Made by a program: the position numbers and the translations under genes. A DNA stretch of 37,432 nucleotides from Octopus bimaculoides (taxonomy: Eukaryota), in the NCBI RefSeq assembly GCF_001194135.2, contig NC_068988.1, positions 30,405,726-30,443,157 on the forward strand. The letters run 5' to 3'. Within the stretch, counting starts at the first letter, position 1. Every line of letters begins with the position of its first letter. Shown here piece by piece: positions 12,801-26,000 of the stretch. The notes beneath the pieces were generated by a model, which did not search any database, was not told the origin of the DNA, and saw only the letters and a list, made by a program, of their open reading frames with translations.

Positions 12801-15800
12801 ATTGTATTTATTTTGAGTTGCTCTGTCAGGTTTCTTTCAATTACTTTAAATATAACAAAGAATTTAGTAAAATAACTTAGTTATCATTCAGCTAGTGTTA
12901 GGAACATAAATTGTGACTAAGGTTGGGTGGAAGATTTTAATTCAAAACTTATGAAAACAAGACATTTGTACTCAGAGCCAGTTTCAGCTGGGTTGGTATC
13001 AAAAAGGTTAAGAATTGTTTCTCTATTATATATTTTAACCTTTTTGTTACCATATTTCTGTTAAGATGCTCTGTGTTTCTTTCAATTACTTNNNNNNNNN
13101 NNNNNNNNNNNNNNNNNNNNNNNNNNNNNNNNNNNNNNNNNNNNNNNNNNNNNNNNNNNNNNNNNNNNNNNNNNNNNNNNNNNNNNNNNNNNNNNNNNNN
13201 NNNNNNNNNNNNNNNNNNNNNNNNNNNNNNNNNNNNNNNNNNNNNNNNNNNNNNNNNNNNNNNNNNNNNNNNNNNNNNNNNNNNNNNNNNNNNNNNNNNN
13301 NNNNNNNNNNNNNNNNNNNNNNNNNNNNNNNNNNNNNNNNNNNNNNNNNNNNNNNNNNNNNNNNNNNNNNNNNNNNNNNNNNNNNNNNNNNNNNNNNNNN
13401 NNNNNNNNNNNNNNNNNNNNNNNNNNNNNNNNNNNNNNNNNNNNNNNNNNNNNNNNNNNNNNNNNNNNNNNNNNNNNNNNNNNNNNNNNNNNNNNNNNNN
13501 NNNNNNNNNNNNNNNNNNNNNNNNNNNNNNNNNNNNNNNNNNNNNNNNNNNNNNNNNNNNNNNNNNNNNNNNNNNNNNNNNNNNNNNNNNNNNNNNNNNN
13601 NNNNNNNNNNNNNNNNNNNNNNNNNNNNNNNNNNNNNNNNNNNNNNNNNNNNNNTTGAAGCCATAGCATTTCAACGATTAGCTAACTATAAATTTCGCAT
13701 TCTTAAAGTATTTTGTACATTTTGTGGCCAAGAATGATACACCAGGGGCCTCATTACACCAATAATAAACACATGCACTGGTTCTATTATTATCATTATT
13801 ATTATTCTGAAAGACTCTTGGATAGTTCTTAATTACCAGTTGTTCTTTATTTGAAAGCAGGCAATAACAAATCACCAAAGGTTTCAAGTAGTGCCTTCTC
13901 CCGTGACTCAAAGAGACAATACTCTCCTTAGAATGAGAGCTGTACTCAACAATGCTGTCTACTGGATCACTTCGAGCCTGACAGCAGATCCAATATTCTT
14001 AATATTATTATTGTTATTATTTCCAAAAATTGTTTTGTATGGCCAACAAGTAGAGAGATTCTGTGATTAAAGGAAGACCCATCCATAGGAATCACTAGAA
14101 TGCCTACACAAAGTTATTGCCTAGATCAACCTGAGTGAATTGTAACTTGCAATCAACAGACATATTTGTTCAATCCCATGCTAAGTCAAAAATCATCAAT
14201 GTCCCCATTGCGACTTGATAACAAAATCCATTCCTGGACTCAAGTTACATTGGCACATCCATTCTAAATAGATGCAGCTTCTTTTATTTATTATTCCTTT
14301 TTGTTTTAAATCCTTTCCTTCAAACACTCATACATCGAAATTGACGGGAGTAACCGTCAGTATCATTAGTTAATATGTTTACATTTAACCAATTAACTGA
14401 TCACTTGTTTGGTCAATGAATCAAACAATTTATCAAAGTCCTTTTGTTGCCATTTGCGATCTCAGTGACCTGCATTCTCCACTCATATATCTGCATCAAC
14501 TCTGACTTTGTTTTTATTGTTGGCATCATGACCCTCCCAACATAGAACAAAATTTGTTTCCACACATGAGTTCACATCTAGAATCTTGCAAACCAAAATA
14601 TAAAACCAAACCCCCAAAAAATAAATAAATAAAACAAAATGATTTCTTAGTTTGGAAATTTCTCTAAATTGTGTATTGAATGACTTTTAAAATTTAATTA
14701 TTGTTAGGAAAAAGATGAGAGTTCAGATGATGAGGAGAAAGAGGAAACAACTGGTCCGGACTTTAACTACATCCTCGGTCTACCCCTGTGGTGTTTAACC
14801 AAAGAAAAGAAAGAAGAATATATCCGTCAACGAGAAGCCAAGGTAAATTGATTCTTAATTTCTGACTTTATCCCATCAATTGAGGCGGGGGGGGGGCACT
14901 TATTGGATTATCACCCTTTACATTCTCTTGGATTTGGTTTTTAATTTCATTATTTTACACAAGATGCAGGCATGGGTGAGTGGGAGGGTAATAAGTTTGC
15001 TTCCCAACCACATAGTTTCAAGATCAGTTCCACTTTGTGGCACCTTGGGCAAGTGTCTTCTGGTATAGCCCCAGGCTACCAAAGCCTTGCGAGTGGATTT
15101 GGTAGACAGAAACTGAAAGAAATCTATCAGTGAAATACCTGTTTGTGCTGATCCTGATTCTTGTTCAGGGCCTGCATACCTATGACAGGAATGGTGGGGC
15201 CTCAGTGTTTGAAACAGAGTGAATTCTGCTAAAGTTACCTAAAAGCTAGGCAGAGACGGGAAACCAGTCAATAGAAGACTGCTCCAATCTGATCTGGCAA
15301 GGTTTCTACAACTGGATGCCCTTCCTAACGCCAACCACTCCAAGAGCGTAGTGGGTGCTTTTTACGTGCTACCAGCATGAGGGTCAGTCAGACAGTTCTG
15401 GAATCGACCATGCTTGAATGGTTCTTTTTACACCACTGAAGATAGAAATTTTATTAGATTTAAAACACAATTTTAAACTTACTAATTTTACTATGTTTTA
15501 TATTTCAAGAAGGGATATATACAATGCATGTTATCTTTATTTTGTTACATATCTTTTCAATAAAGAATTTTATGCCCTGAGGCATGCTTTTACAATCCAT
15601 GCAGAACATTTGATCAGAAACCCATGCTATCAGAGATCAATTTGTAATTAGTGGAACAATTCATTAAGAGTGCACCATGTTATCCTGGGTCAGTTATGAA
15701 TGAATCAGTGATAAATTTGGCTAGATCTTATATGAATTCCATGTTATTCCAGTTAAATTGTTTTTTTTTTGTTTTTTTTTTGGTGATGTATTTACTGATA

Positions 15801-16971
15801 AATTCTGCTTCAGTTGCATATTTTCACAAACTCTTAATATTTTGCATGTGCATTTGGTCTCTGTTTCCACCTTCATTATAATAACAAGTATTGTTATTAA
15901 CACTTTATTTGTTAGTGTCAGTATTATAAAGTTGAGTTTAACTTTGTGTGTTTTTATTCAAAGGCTGACGAACTTGAACGTTTGCGGCGCAAAAGGCCAG
16001 AAGACATTTACCGAAATGATTTGGATGTCCTTCTAACTGAGCTAGATGTGAGTTGGTTTTGTCATTGAACAAGTTTCAAATATTTTCTAAGCAACGATCA
16101 CCTTTTTTTGGTATTTTTCTTTATAAAATTCACCTTTCATGTTTTCTATATTTAACCAATTGTGAAGATGTGTGGCTTCGTGGTTCGAGTATTTTGGCTC
16201 ACAATTCTAAGGTCATGAGTTCAATTCCCAGCAGTACATTGTGTCCTTGAGCAAGACACTTTATTTCACGTTGCTCCAGTCCACTCAGCTGGCAAAAATA
16301 AGTTGTACCTGTAATTCAAAGGGAGCCAGCCTTGTCACATTCTGTATCACTTTGAATCTCTCTAAGAACTACATTAAGTGTACACAAATCTGTGGAGTAC
16401 TCAGCCACTAGCATTTTAATTTCACGAGTTGCCTGTTCATTGATTCGGTCAACTGGAACCCTCATCGTCATACCTGACTGAGTGCCATTTATTTTATTAC
16501 TGCATATGACGCGGCCATGGCTATGCAGTTAAGAAGTATTGTGGATTGTTTATGTGTATGGATGAGGATGGGGGGGGGGTGGCGATCATATTAATTCTTG
16601 TAGTTGATTGCTGCCTCACTTTATGGACCCTTTAAGGATGAGAGGCCTTGACCTTGTTGCAATTTGAACTGAGAACATAAAGAGCTAGAATAAGAAACTG
16701 CAAGATATTTTGCCTGATGCTCAAATAATTCTTCTAATTGATTGTTCTGGAGTAAATACATAATAAATGAAAGATAAAGTTCATATAGTTTGTGAACCAA
16801 TGTATTTCATTGTAAACAAGTTGGAATTTAAACAAAAATATTGTGGGTGGGTGAGTTGGGAATAAAACTTGAGAAAGTCTTGACATATTGACAGGCATTT
16901 GGCATAGTGGTCAAGAGCATGGGCTACTAACCCCAAGATTCCGAGTTTGATTCCAGGCAGTGACCTGAATG

Positions 16972-17011
<40 letters not shown>

Positions 17012-20000
17012 CACCACCAACAACATCGAAAAATACCTTAGGAATGAGAACCCAGGTTTGAAATTTCCCCATGACACCTGATGCAGGCTGGAGGGTATAT
17101 CAGCCGAAACGTGTTAATGACAAACGATGAGGACAAATATCCGTCAAATGTAAATAATGTACATAATTCCTCATCTCTTAAATATAGAATTATATTGTTG
17201 TTATTTGGTTTTCTTTTACGTAGCAATTTGAAGAACAAGTGCGGGAAGACGAGAAAGTAGATATCATCAAAACCCAGAAGACTTCAAAGGGTCGTGTAAA
17301 ACAAAAGAAGATTACACTCGAGGAGACTCTTCCCTCTCCTGTTGGTCGACGTATTCAGCCTGTCATTGATCATGCTACCAAAGTGAAGGCTGAGAAAGAA
17401 GTAGCTTCTAAGAAGCGACAACAAGTAAGCGTTGATTCTTACGCGTCTTTTTGGCATTTTAGGGTAGTTGTTTGAGGCCAGTTTGAACTTATTTGGGGCC
17501 GGATTGGCCAGTTTAAATGCTAAAGGATTAAGCTTACCCTCCCCAAGTTTGTGTGAATGTTCCCCTACGTCAGTATTTCTCAACTATTTTTTTACCCATG
17601 GACTTCTTTGATTCCTGTTTTTAGCTAGTGGACCCCTGTAGCCATTTGCTGTGTAAAAATCCTGTCATACTTTTATATTTAAATATTATTAGGAATTGGA
17701 AAAAAAAAAAAATTGTTAAACTATTTTATGTATTGAAGAAACAAAATCTTATATGGACCCCAAGGGTCATATAGACCTCAGTTTAGAACCACTGATCTAT
17801 TAGAGTTGCTTTGAACTATGATATGAAATATTTTGCTTTAAGGTAGAAAAGAAGAGTGAATCAAAACGACTATCAAAGAAATGACCATATTTTTCAAAAA
17901 CACATTTTACTTCAATTTTCTTTCTTTTATTTTTACAGATCAGAAAGGAAATGAAAGAAGAAATTGGTGATGAAAATTCACAAGAACCTAAAAGCCTCAT
18001 TGAACGCCTTGGAGAACTTAAGCCAGGTGAGTTGACATTTTCCAAAATCTCTTTTCCTTTTCTGTTACTTTCTTTTCATCATTTGCTTCTTTATTTCACT
18101 CCACCTTTCTCTTCCTCTCTCTTCTCGCTGTCCCTTTCAATTTTCCCTATTTTTAATTGCTCTCTTTCTTCANNNNNNNNNNNNNNNNNNNNNNNNNNNN
18201 NNNNNNNNNNNNNNNNNNNNNNNNNNNNNNNNNNNNNNNNNNNNNNNNNNNNNNNNNNNNNNNNNNNNNNNNNNNNNNNNNNNNNNNNNNNNNNNNNNNN
18301 NNNNNNNNNNNNNNNNNNNNNNNNNNNNNNNNNNNNNNNNNNNNNNNNNNNNNNNNNNNNNNNNNNNNNNNNNNNNNNNNNNNNNNNNNNNNNNNNNNNN
18401 NNNNNNNNNNNNNNNNNNNNNNNNNNNNNNNNNNNNNNNNNNNNNNNNNNNNNNNNNNNNNNNNNNNNNNNNNNNNNNNNNNNNNNNNNNNNNNNNNNNN
18501 NNNNNNNNNNNNNNNNNNNNNNNNNNNNNNNNNNNNNNNNNNNNNNNNNNNNNNNNNNNNNNNNNNNNNNNNNNNNNNNNNNNNNNNNNNNNNNNNNNNN
18601 NNNNNNNNNNNNNNNNNNNNNNNNNNNNNNNNNNNNNNNNNNNNNNNNNNNNNNNNNNNNNNNNNNNNNNNNNNNNNNNNNNNNNNNNNNNNNNNNNNNN
18701 NNNNNNNNNNNNNNNNNNNNNNNNNNNNNNNNNNNNNNNNNNNNNNNNNNNNNNNNNNNNNNNNNNNNNNNNNNNNNNNNNNNNNNNNNNNNNNNNNNNN
18801 NNNNNNNNNNNNNNNNNNNNNNNNNNNNNNNNNNNNNNNNNNNNNNNNNNNNNNNNNNNNNNNNNNNNNNNNNNNNNNNNNNNNNNNNNNNNNNNNNNNN
18901 NNNNNNNNNNNNNNNNNNNNNNNNNNNNNNNNNNNNNNNNTTCGTTTTTGGTTTCTGTTTTTAGTTTTGTCATTCCTTTTCTTCACCCCAAATACATCGT
19001 TTCTCTGTTGAGCTTCCTGTTAGTCTTAAATCCTTTTATTCTTATAAATTTCCTTTGAATTCACTATAATCGTCTTGTTTTCTTCTGATCTATGATAGTC
19101 AGTCCTTTAAGCTTTCTGACAACATCTTTTGAGTTTGTAGGCCCCTTCTTTTTCTTTTCTGTAGTCCCTTACACTACAATGGCTTCAAGCCTTGTTTGGG
19201 ACAAAATCCTTGAAACAAACTAAAAAAAAAAAAAAAAAACCAAGATTTAATTACTTATAACGAGCTCTCAAGAATTTCTGTCGTCATTCCACCCTCTCAC
19301 TTAAATTTCTTATCTCTCTTGTTTCTCTTTTCCTTTTCTGTTACTTTCTTTTCATCATTTGCTTCTTTATTTCACTCCACCTTTCTCTTCCTCTCTCTTC
19401 TCGCTGTCCCTTTCAATTTTCCCTATTTTTAATTGCTCTCTTTCTTCAGGTTTCTTAGTCTCTTCTTCATCTATTCCCCATCTCTTACATTGCCTATATT
19501 TTAGTTTATTCTTTATATATGTAAAGGTCTTGTTTTAATAACTTCAGAGGATATTCAAAATGAAGCCGGTTGCTCAGAAGCTTCTTGTTGATGCTAAATG
19601 CCTATTTTTCCATCCTGTATCCGTATTATCCATTTGACCATTTGTCTGCTGATAACTTATTGACTGCTAGGGATCATTCTGTAAGGGTTCAGTATTCTTT
19701 TCTACTTTAAGCACAAGGCCTGAAATTTTTGGGGAGGGGGCCCAGTCGTTTAGATTGACTCCAGTATGCAACTGGTACTTAATTTATTGACCCTGAAAGG
19801 ATGAAAGGCAAAGTTGACCTCTGTGGAATTTGAACTCAGAATGTAAAGACAGATGAAATACCGCTAAGCATTTTGACTGGCATGCTAACGTTTCTGCCAG
19901 ATCGCTGCCTTATATAAGGCAAATGAACTATATCCAGTCCAAAATTCTATCTGTTTTGTGTTCAGGTTGGCCAGATTTGACCTCTCACACCAACCCTACA

Positions 20001-23000
20001 ATGTCTTTCTAAAAATAAACAATCACATCATCAACATCTCAAAGCTATGAGATAAAGTATGATTCATTCAAACCAACGTGAATAAATAAGTATCACATTT
20101 GACAGAAAAATTTGGATACTAAAGGGTTTTTGCAGTTTCTTACATTTTTATTGCTGATAGTTTGTGATTTTTAAGAAAAAAAATTCATATATTATGAAAT
20201 ATTTGATTTGTGTCTTTTTTTCTTCTTTTCTTAAATATAGCTCAAGCAATTAAATATAATTTTGGTGATGATGATGATGAAGAAGAATATTATCCCGTAC
20301 TCCATGAAAACCAGGCAGATGATTCCCCACCAGCTGATGTTTGCAATAACATGAATACGGGGGCAGAAGAAAATGATGTAGATGACGATGATGATGATTT
20401 TTTTGCTCCTAAAAAAGAGTAAGTTCAAAAAGTCAAACAAGTCCATTCGTTGAAGTAGTTGTATGCTGTCAACTTAATGTGACAGTCCCCTGAAGGGAAT
20501 AATACTACTGTTGGTTAGACCTAGGAAGTTGCACCGCTTCCTAGGTCTAACCAACAGTAGTATTATTCCCTTCAGGAGACTGTCACATTAAGTTGACAGC
20601 ATACAACTACTTCATCGTATCACTACTGCATAAATCTCTCTGAGAGATTTAGAAATGTATTATTTCTGAAGTTCATTCGTGTTATTTTGACAAAATCATA
20701 ATTTTAGAATTGGTAAAATTTGAAGAAAGATAAAAATTTTGGACATTTAAGAATATATATTCATAATTCATTTTAATAATTTTTTGTCAACCTTTAATGG
20801 GTTAAGTCATCCTTAAATGAGATAACCCTATGATTTCTTTAAAATTCAATAATATCTCCAGATAGTTTCTAACTTGGACAAGTATCTTTATATGTCTGTG
20901 TGTGTATGTGTGTACCCTTGTCTAGACATCACGTGATGGTTGTAAATGAGCATTATCTTCATATGAGTGAGGCTGTTTCCTTTCCCGCTTTCTTTGCAAA
21001 TCATGTCTCGCTTTGGGAAAAATATTACCCTGCTTGGATGTTGATGGGGGTTGGTGACAGGAAGGGCATCTCAGCTGTAGAAATCTGCCTCAACACACTG
21101 AGCCATGCTTGGATGGAAAAGTGCACATTGAAATGATGATGAGGCTTGTAATCCAGCCAAATAATGATCCCCATCTAATCAGTTTGACAACATACTGTGA
21201 ATGTTTCCATGTTTGCAAACTGTCACTCAGCTTAAGTTGTTGAAAAGAATTACTGTGGAATGTAATGGTGGACAAAAAGTATTGTTTCTACTCTAGGCAC
21301 AAGGCCTGAAATTTTTTGGGGAAGGAGCCAGTTGATTAGATCGACCCCAGTACACAACTGGTACTTAATTTATTGACCCCGAAAGGATGAAAGGCAAAGT
21401 TGACCTCAACAGAATTTGAACTCAGAATGTAGCGGCAGATGAAATACCGCTAAGCATTTAGCCTAGCGTGCTAACGTTTCTGCCAACTCACTGCCTTGGT
21501 GGACAAAATGTATTGACAAATGTGTGTTTATATGAGTTTTGGGCCACATTCAAATATAATGGATTTCAATGAAGAATGAGAAGTAGACAAGTGCAATGTA
21601 GATGTAGGTGAATTCCCAACACCAAGTGACAGGGTAAGATTTCTCGGTTAGAAAAAAGAATATTTCACTCTGACTGTAACCATGAAATTTATGCTAATAT
21701 TGGCCTAATAAGCCACCGCAGGACCTACGATGAGTAAAGCTTCTAATCTGGTCAGAGACCTGAAAGATGAATGTCAGGTGAAAGTCCCTGATATACTCTT
21801 TTACTTGTTTCAGTCATTTGACTGCGGCCATGCTGGAGCACCGCCTTTAGTTGAACAAATCAACCCCAGGACTTATTCTTTGTAAGTCTAGTATTTATTC
21901 TATCGGTCTCTTTTGCCGAACTGCTAAGTTACGAGGACGTAAACACACAAGCATCGGTTGTCAAGCGAAGTTGGGGGGACAAACACAAACACACACACAC
22001 ACAATAGGTTTCTTTCAGTTTCAGTCTACCATTTCCATTCACAGGGCTTCAGTTGGTCTGAGGCTACAGTAGAAGATACTTGCCCACGGTGCTACGCAGT
22101 GGGACTGAACCCAGAACCCTGTGTTTGGGCAGCAAACTTCTTACCATGCAAGCACATCTGCACCATTGGTAGATTTTTTTTGTTTTTTAACGATCCTTGA
22201 AACGTTTGTTTCTTTTGCAGTGCAAAGAAGCCCACTTCTCCTGCGAAGCCCACTTCTCCTGCGAAGCCCACTTCTCCTGCGAAGCCCACTTCCCCTGCAA
22301 AGGCAGCCAGCCCCAAGTTTGACGATGATGATTCTTCTGAGGATGAAAATGCCGACTTGTTTAGCCGAGTCAGTGAACAAAACAAGAAAGCTCGAGACGA
22401 CGCTGTCTTTGGGATATCAACTACACTTATAAAACCATCAATTAAAACCACAATTCCCAAAGAACCTATGAAAAGTGAGTGCTTTTGGCTTTCTTTATAA
22501 ATTTCTGATTATGATATTATATCTTGTAGTAAAAATTGTTTGCCAACATAACATGGCAGTCCTGGTTTAGGACGAATGTTGCTGAAATTAAACCCCAGGA
22601 GACATCGTCTCCCGCTGGCTATACGACACGATCTGTGTCCTTATATTTTCGAACAATATAAGGACACAGATTGTGTCATATAGCTACCTGGAGGCGATGT
22701 CTCCTGGGACTAAATTTTAGTAACATGTTATGTTGGCAAACAATCTTTACTTCAAAGTACTGTTGCTGAATATCTCATGTTATGAGATTTAAAAATAGTA
22801 ATTTTCTAATTTATAAATCAGTGACTAGTTGTCACTTTGAAAACTATATATTTCGAACGGGAATTTGGTAGCGCCACCTCTAGCTGAGCAATTATTCTGT
22901 TGAAGGGAAATAACCCAGAAATCGCGATACACAGATATTGTTTTGAGCTGAGCTGGGGTGTTAGATTCCCTTGTTCAAAAATATAAGGACACGAATCATG

Positions 23001-26000
23001 TCATATAGCCAGCTGGAGACGATGTCTCCTGGGGCTAAATTACAGCAACATTCGTCCTAAACCAGGACTGCCATGTTATGTTGGCAAACAATCTTTACTA
23101 CAAAGTACTGTTGCTGAATATCTCTCGTTGTGAGATTTAAAAATAGTAATTTTCTAACGATATATCTTGTCACATCTAAAAATAAAATCTTTTTTTTTTT
23201 TTTTCTTGTCTGCAATCCTGTTTGTTTTTCATTTTATTTTGCAATGTTGTGCCTCAAGACATCAGCAGTCTTCAGCCTTCATGCAAATCTATCAAAACTT
23301 CCCAGTTGTGGGCTTCACAAATTTCTCATTTCTTGGATCAGTTGCTTTCTATCAGAGCATATCATTGAAGCATACCTTGATGGAGTTCTTTCTTCCCTGT
23401 ACTTAACCGATCCTGGTGTCCTGCTGAGCTCGGTTCTCTTCCTGCATCTCTTTCTTACTCGCTGCCTCATGCAACACTGCCCACTCGTATTCAGATGGCA
23501 CAAACCATCTCTAGTTACTAGACATCATCTACACACCACATACCAAACCTGTATTGATTTCATGAATAGAGTCCTTGAAAGTATCCTTCAGTGGGGTCAA
23601 ACCAACCTTGTTTCTTTTTCACAACTAACAAACTCAAGCAACACTCATATGAAGAACCATTCACTCCCTCTAATATGAGTGGTACTCAGTTCAAGTCCTC
23701 ACAGTCGGTTCAAACAAATTCTGGGCCTCACTATCATCAAGGCTCTCTCATAGAAAAAATGCACCCTCTGTGTAACTAAGACTGCATCCCAAAGGCTAAC
23801 CCTACTCTTTAGGGCCAGAAGTTATTTCAGCCCCTGACAGCTGTTGACACAAGCCTGTAATGAGGTCCATAAACTCCTTAAACTTCCAGTTATTTTATGC
23901 TCCTTTATTGATATTTATTTACATGCATGCTTAATAAATGTTCCTCAGAATAATTGACTTCAATTGTCAAATATTGTTTTTGTTTGAATTTAAATATAAT
24001 ATTAGTCCACCTTCTATTTACAGGCACCATCACTTACCATTTATCTAGCGACGATGAGGATAAAGAACTCGACTTTGTACCTGAAGAACCTCTGAAGAAA
24101 GCAGTAAAGAAAAAGGCTCCCAAAAAAGAAAAGACAACAGAAAAATCCGGTAAATAAGAGTTTATATATCTTTTGTGATTCCGTGTGACGGAGGGAAGGC
24201 AAATAAAACTGAACATCGTGAGACTTTAGCTTAGAAGGGATGTATTTTGCATCGCCATTAAGAGTAGTGATGATGGAAATCTCTACATGGTTGTGTACCA
24301 ATGAGGGATTCTTTGTGTATTTACTAAATCTGCTTAAGGGGGGAATTCCCCTCCTCTTTTTTTCTTCTTTTTGCTTTTGCACATATTTGCTAGAGTAACT
24401 GTTCTTCTATCCAGAAATCCAACTCAACATAGTCTCAGTAGCAAGTAATGCCTTTCTGTCCTCTTTCGACCCAACTCTGTGGGTGCCATGTTATTTCTGC
24501 TCCGAAGCCATTATTTGCCTGCAATGAAGTGACTCTATTGACATTTAACTGACCATATCCAGCCCGAATATTCTACCTGTTTTATGTTCAAATGAACCAG
24601 ATCTGGCTTGTCACACGTGTCCTGCAATGTCATTCTGAAATAAACCACCACATATGAGGTAATAGACGATTCATTGAAAACAATGTGAAGGTATAAAACA
24701 TTACATTTGTCAGAGCAACCTGAATGCTAAATGGTTCAGCCAGCTGTGTCAGTTAATAAAAAAAAAAAGCTCTCCCCCTCACACGATAACATTTCAATAG
24801 TTTTATCATTATTTTATGATCTATTTGCACTACTATTTATTGAACACCAATTCTCTACATTTTGGTAATGCTTCAAGTGAACTACAACATGTTTCTCTTT
24901 GGGAATGTTCTTCCATTGCTGTTGGATAGCCTCATTTTATCTGGAGTAACCACTTTTTGCCCATTGACTCCTTTGCTTGCTATTTTAACTCAGGTGGACC
25001 CTCATAGACAAACAATGTCTAAAAGAAACCTTATATATTTATAATTAAATACCTCTTATATGGGCCCCACTTAAGAACCACTGCTTTCTAGCAAATAATT
25101 ATTACCTTCAAATATCGTCATGATGTGTGTTTCTTCCCTATTAACAGCTTGTTTGCTATTCTGCTGATGTGTGTGCATACGTATATGTGCTTTTTCTGTT
25201 TAAGTTTTGTGAGATGATTCCTATCTGCTTGTGAATTAACTCCACCATAACAACGCTTTTTCCTTGTTTAATTGTGTGCAACCACTATGTTGACTTAATT
25301 TAGACCGCAAAGAACGTGAAATCTTTAGAGCTTTTAGACGAAGTGTTTCACAAAGCGAACCAAGTCAATCCAGCAAATCCAAGCCTCCAAAAACAACTCC
25401 TGGTACTTCTTATTTTTGTTACTGTTGGTTAACGTTCACTAAAACTTTTTCTTAGTTAGCTTGTTTAATTACTGACTAAATTCCTGATAACTAATTCCAG
25501 AGCTGAATTTTAATTTTCGATTGGATTTTCAATTCGTTTTCGTTTACTAATGCATTTGGAAACAAGCGTATTACCATTTCAGTTTGTTCTTGACTAGGAA
25601 TGTAAGTTTGCATGCTTAGCCAGAGAAAACGGTTTGAAAGTTACAGCAATGTATCCTGCCTGAAACATTGTAATAGAGTTATAAGCCTGGTATACTTTAA
25701 GCCCAGAACATTTACTAGTTAAGACCATGTAGTGAAGATCGTATGTCATCTAGGCAAAGTACTACAGCCATGTTGTCATTTTGGCAAATAAAAATACATA
25801 ATAAATAGTTTAAAAACTATTTTCTTAGCCGTTTTCCTATAACTACTGGCTGTCCTACTTAAAGCTAATCTTTCGGTGGCTCATTGGAGTGAACAGAGAG
25901 TTACAGCCCTTGCTGGAGCAATGTACAATGGCTGTCATAAGATTGAAACTTTTATGTGACCAGCTGGAGCAATCAGCATAACCTCACAGACAACTCATTA

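Noticed and set aside
13660-14690. Possible decayed Tc1/mariner transposase on the minus strand
   Set aside because: Only faint motif echoes, with no readable DDE motif or TIRs
14885-14897. Poly-G runs (also about 16569-16580; poly-C at about 503-514)
   Set aside because: Single homopolymers, too common to interpret as G-quadruplex or splicing elements
18048-19448. 125-bp exact duplicate (18048-18172 = 19324-19448)
   Set aside because: One copy abuts a gap and the two are identical, so a contig-end overlap or assembly artefact is most likely
18941-19490. Purine-rich minus-strand stretch resembling a Lys/Glu-rich protein
   Set aside because: Frequent stops and no consistent splice frame; low-complexity sequence
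21608-21640. tag|26 nt|gtaaga possible microexon
   Set aside because: No polypyrimidine tract, and the length is not frame-preserving
22092-22460. Minus-strand ORF with AGEVGF repeats, and + ORF with LLRSPL repeats
   Set aside because: Alternative frames of the TOP2 (KPTSPA)4 exon
22869-22884. CTCF-like motif (minus strand GCTAGAGGTGGCGCTA) in the foldback core
   Set aside because: Only the 3' half matches the consensus; unsupported without ChIP data
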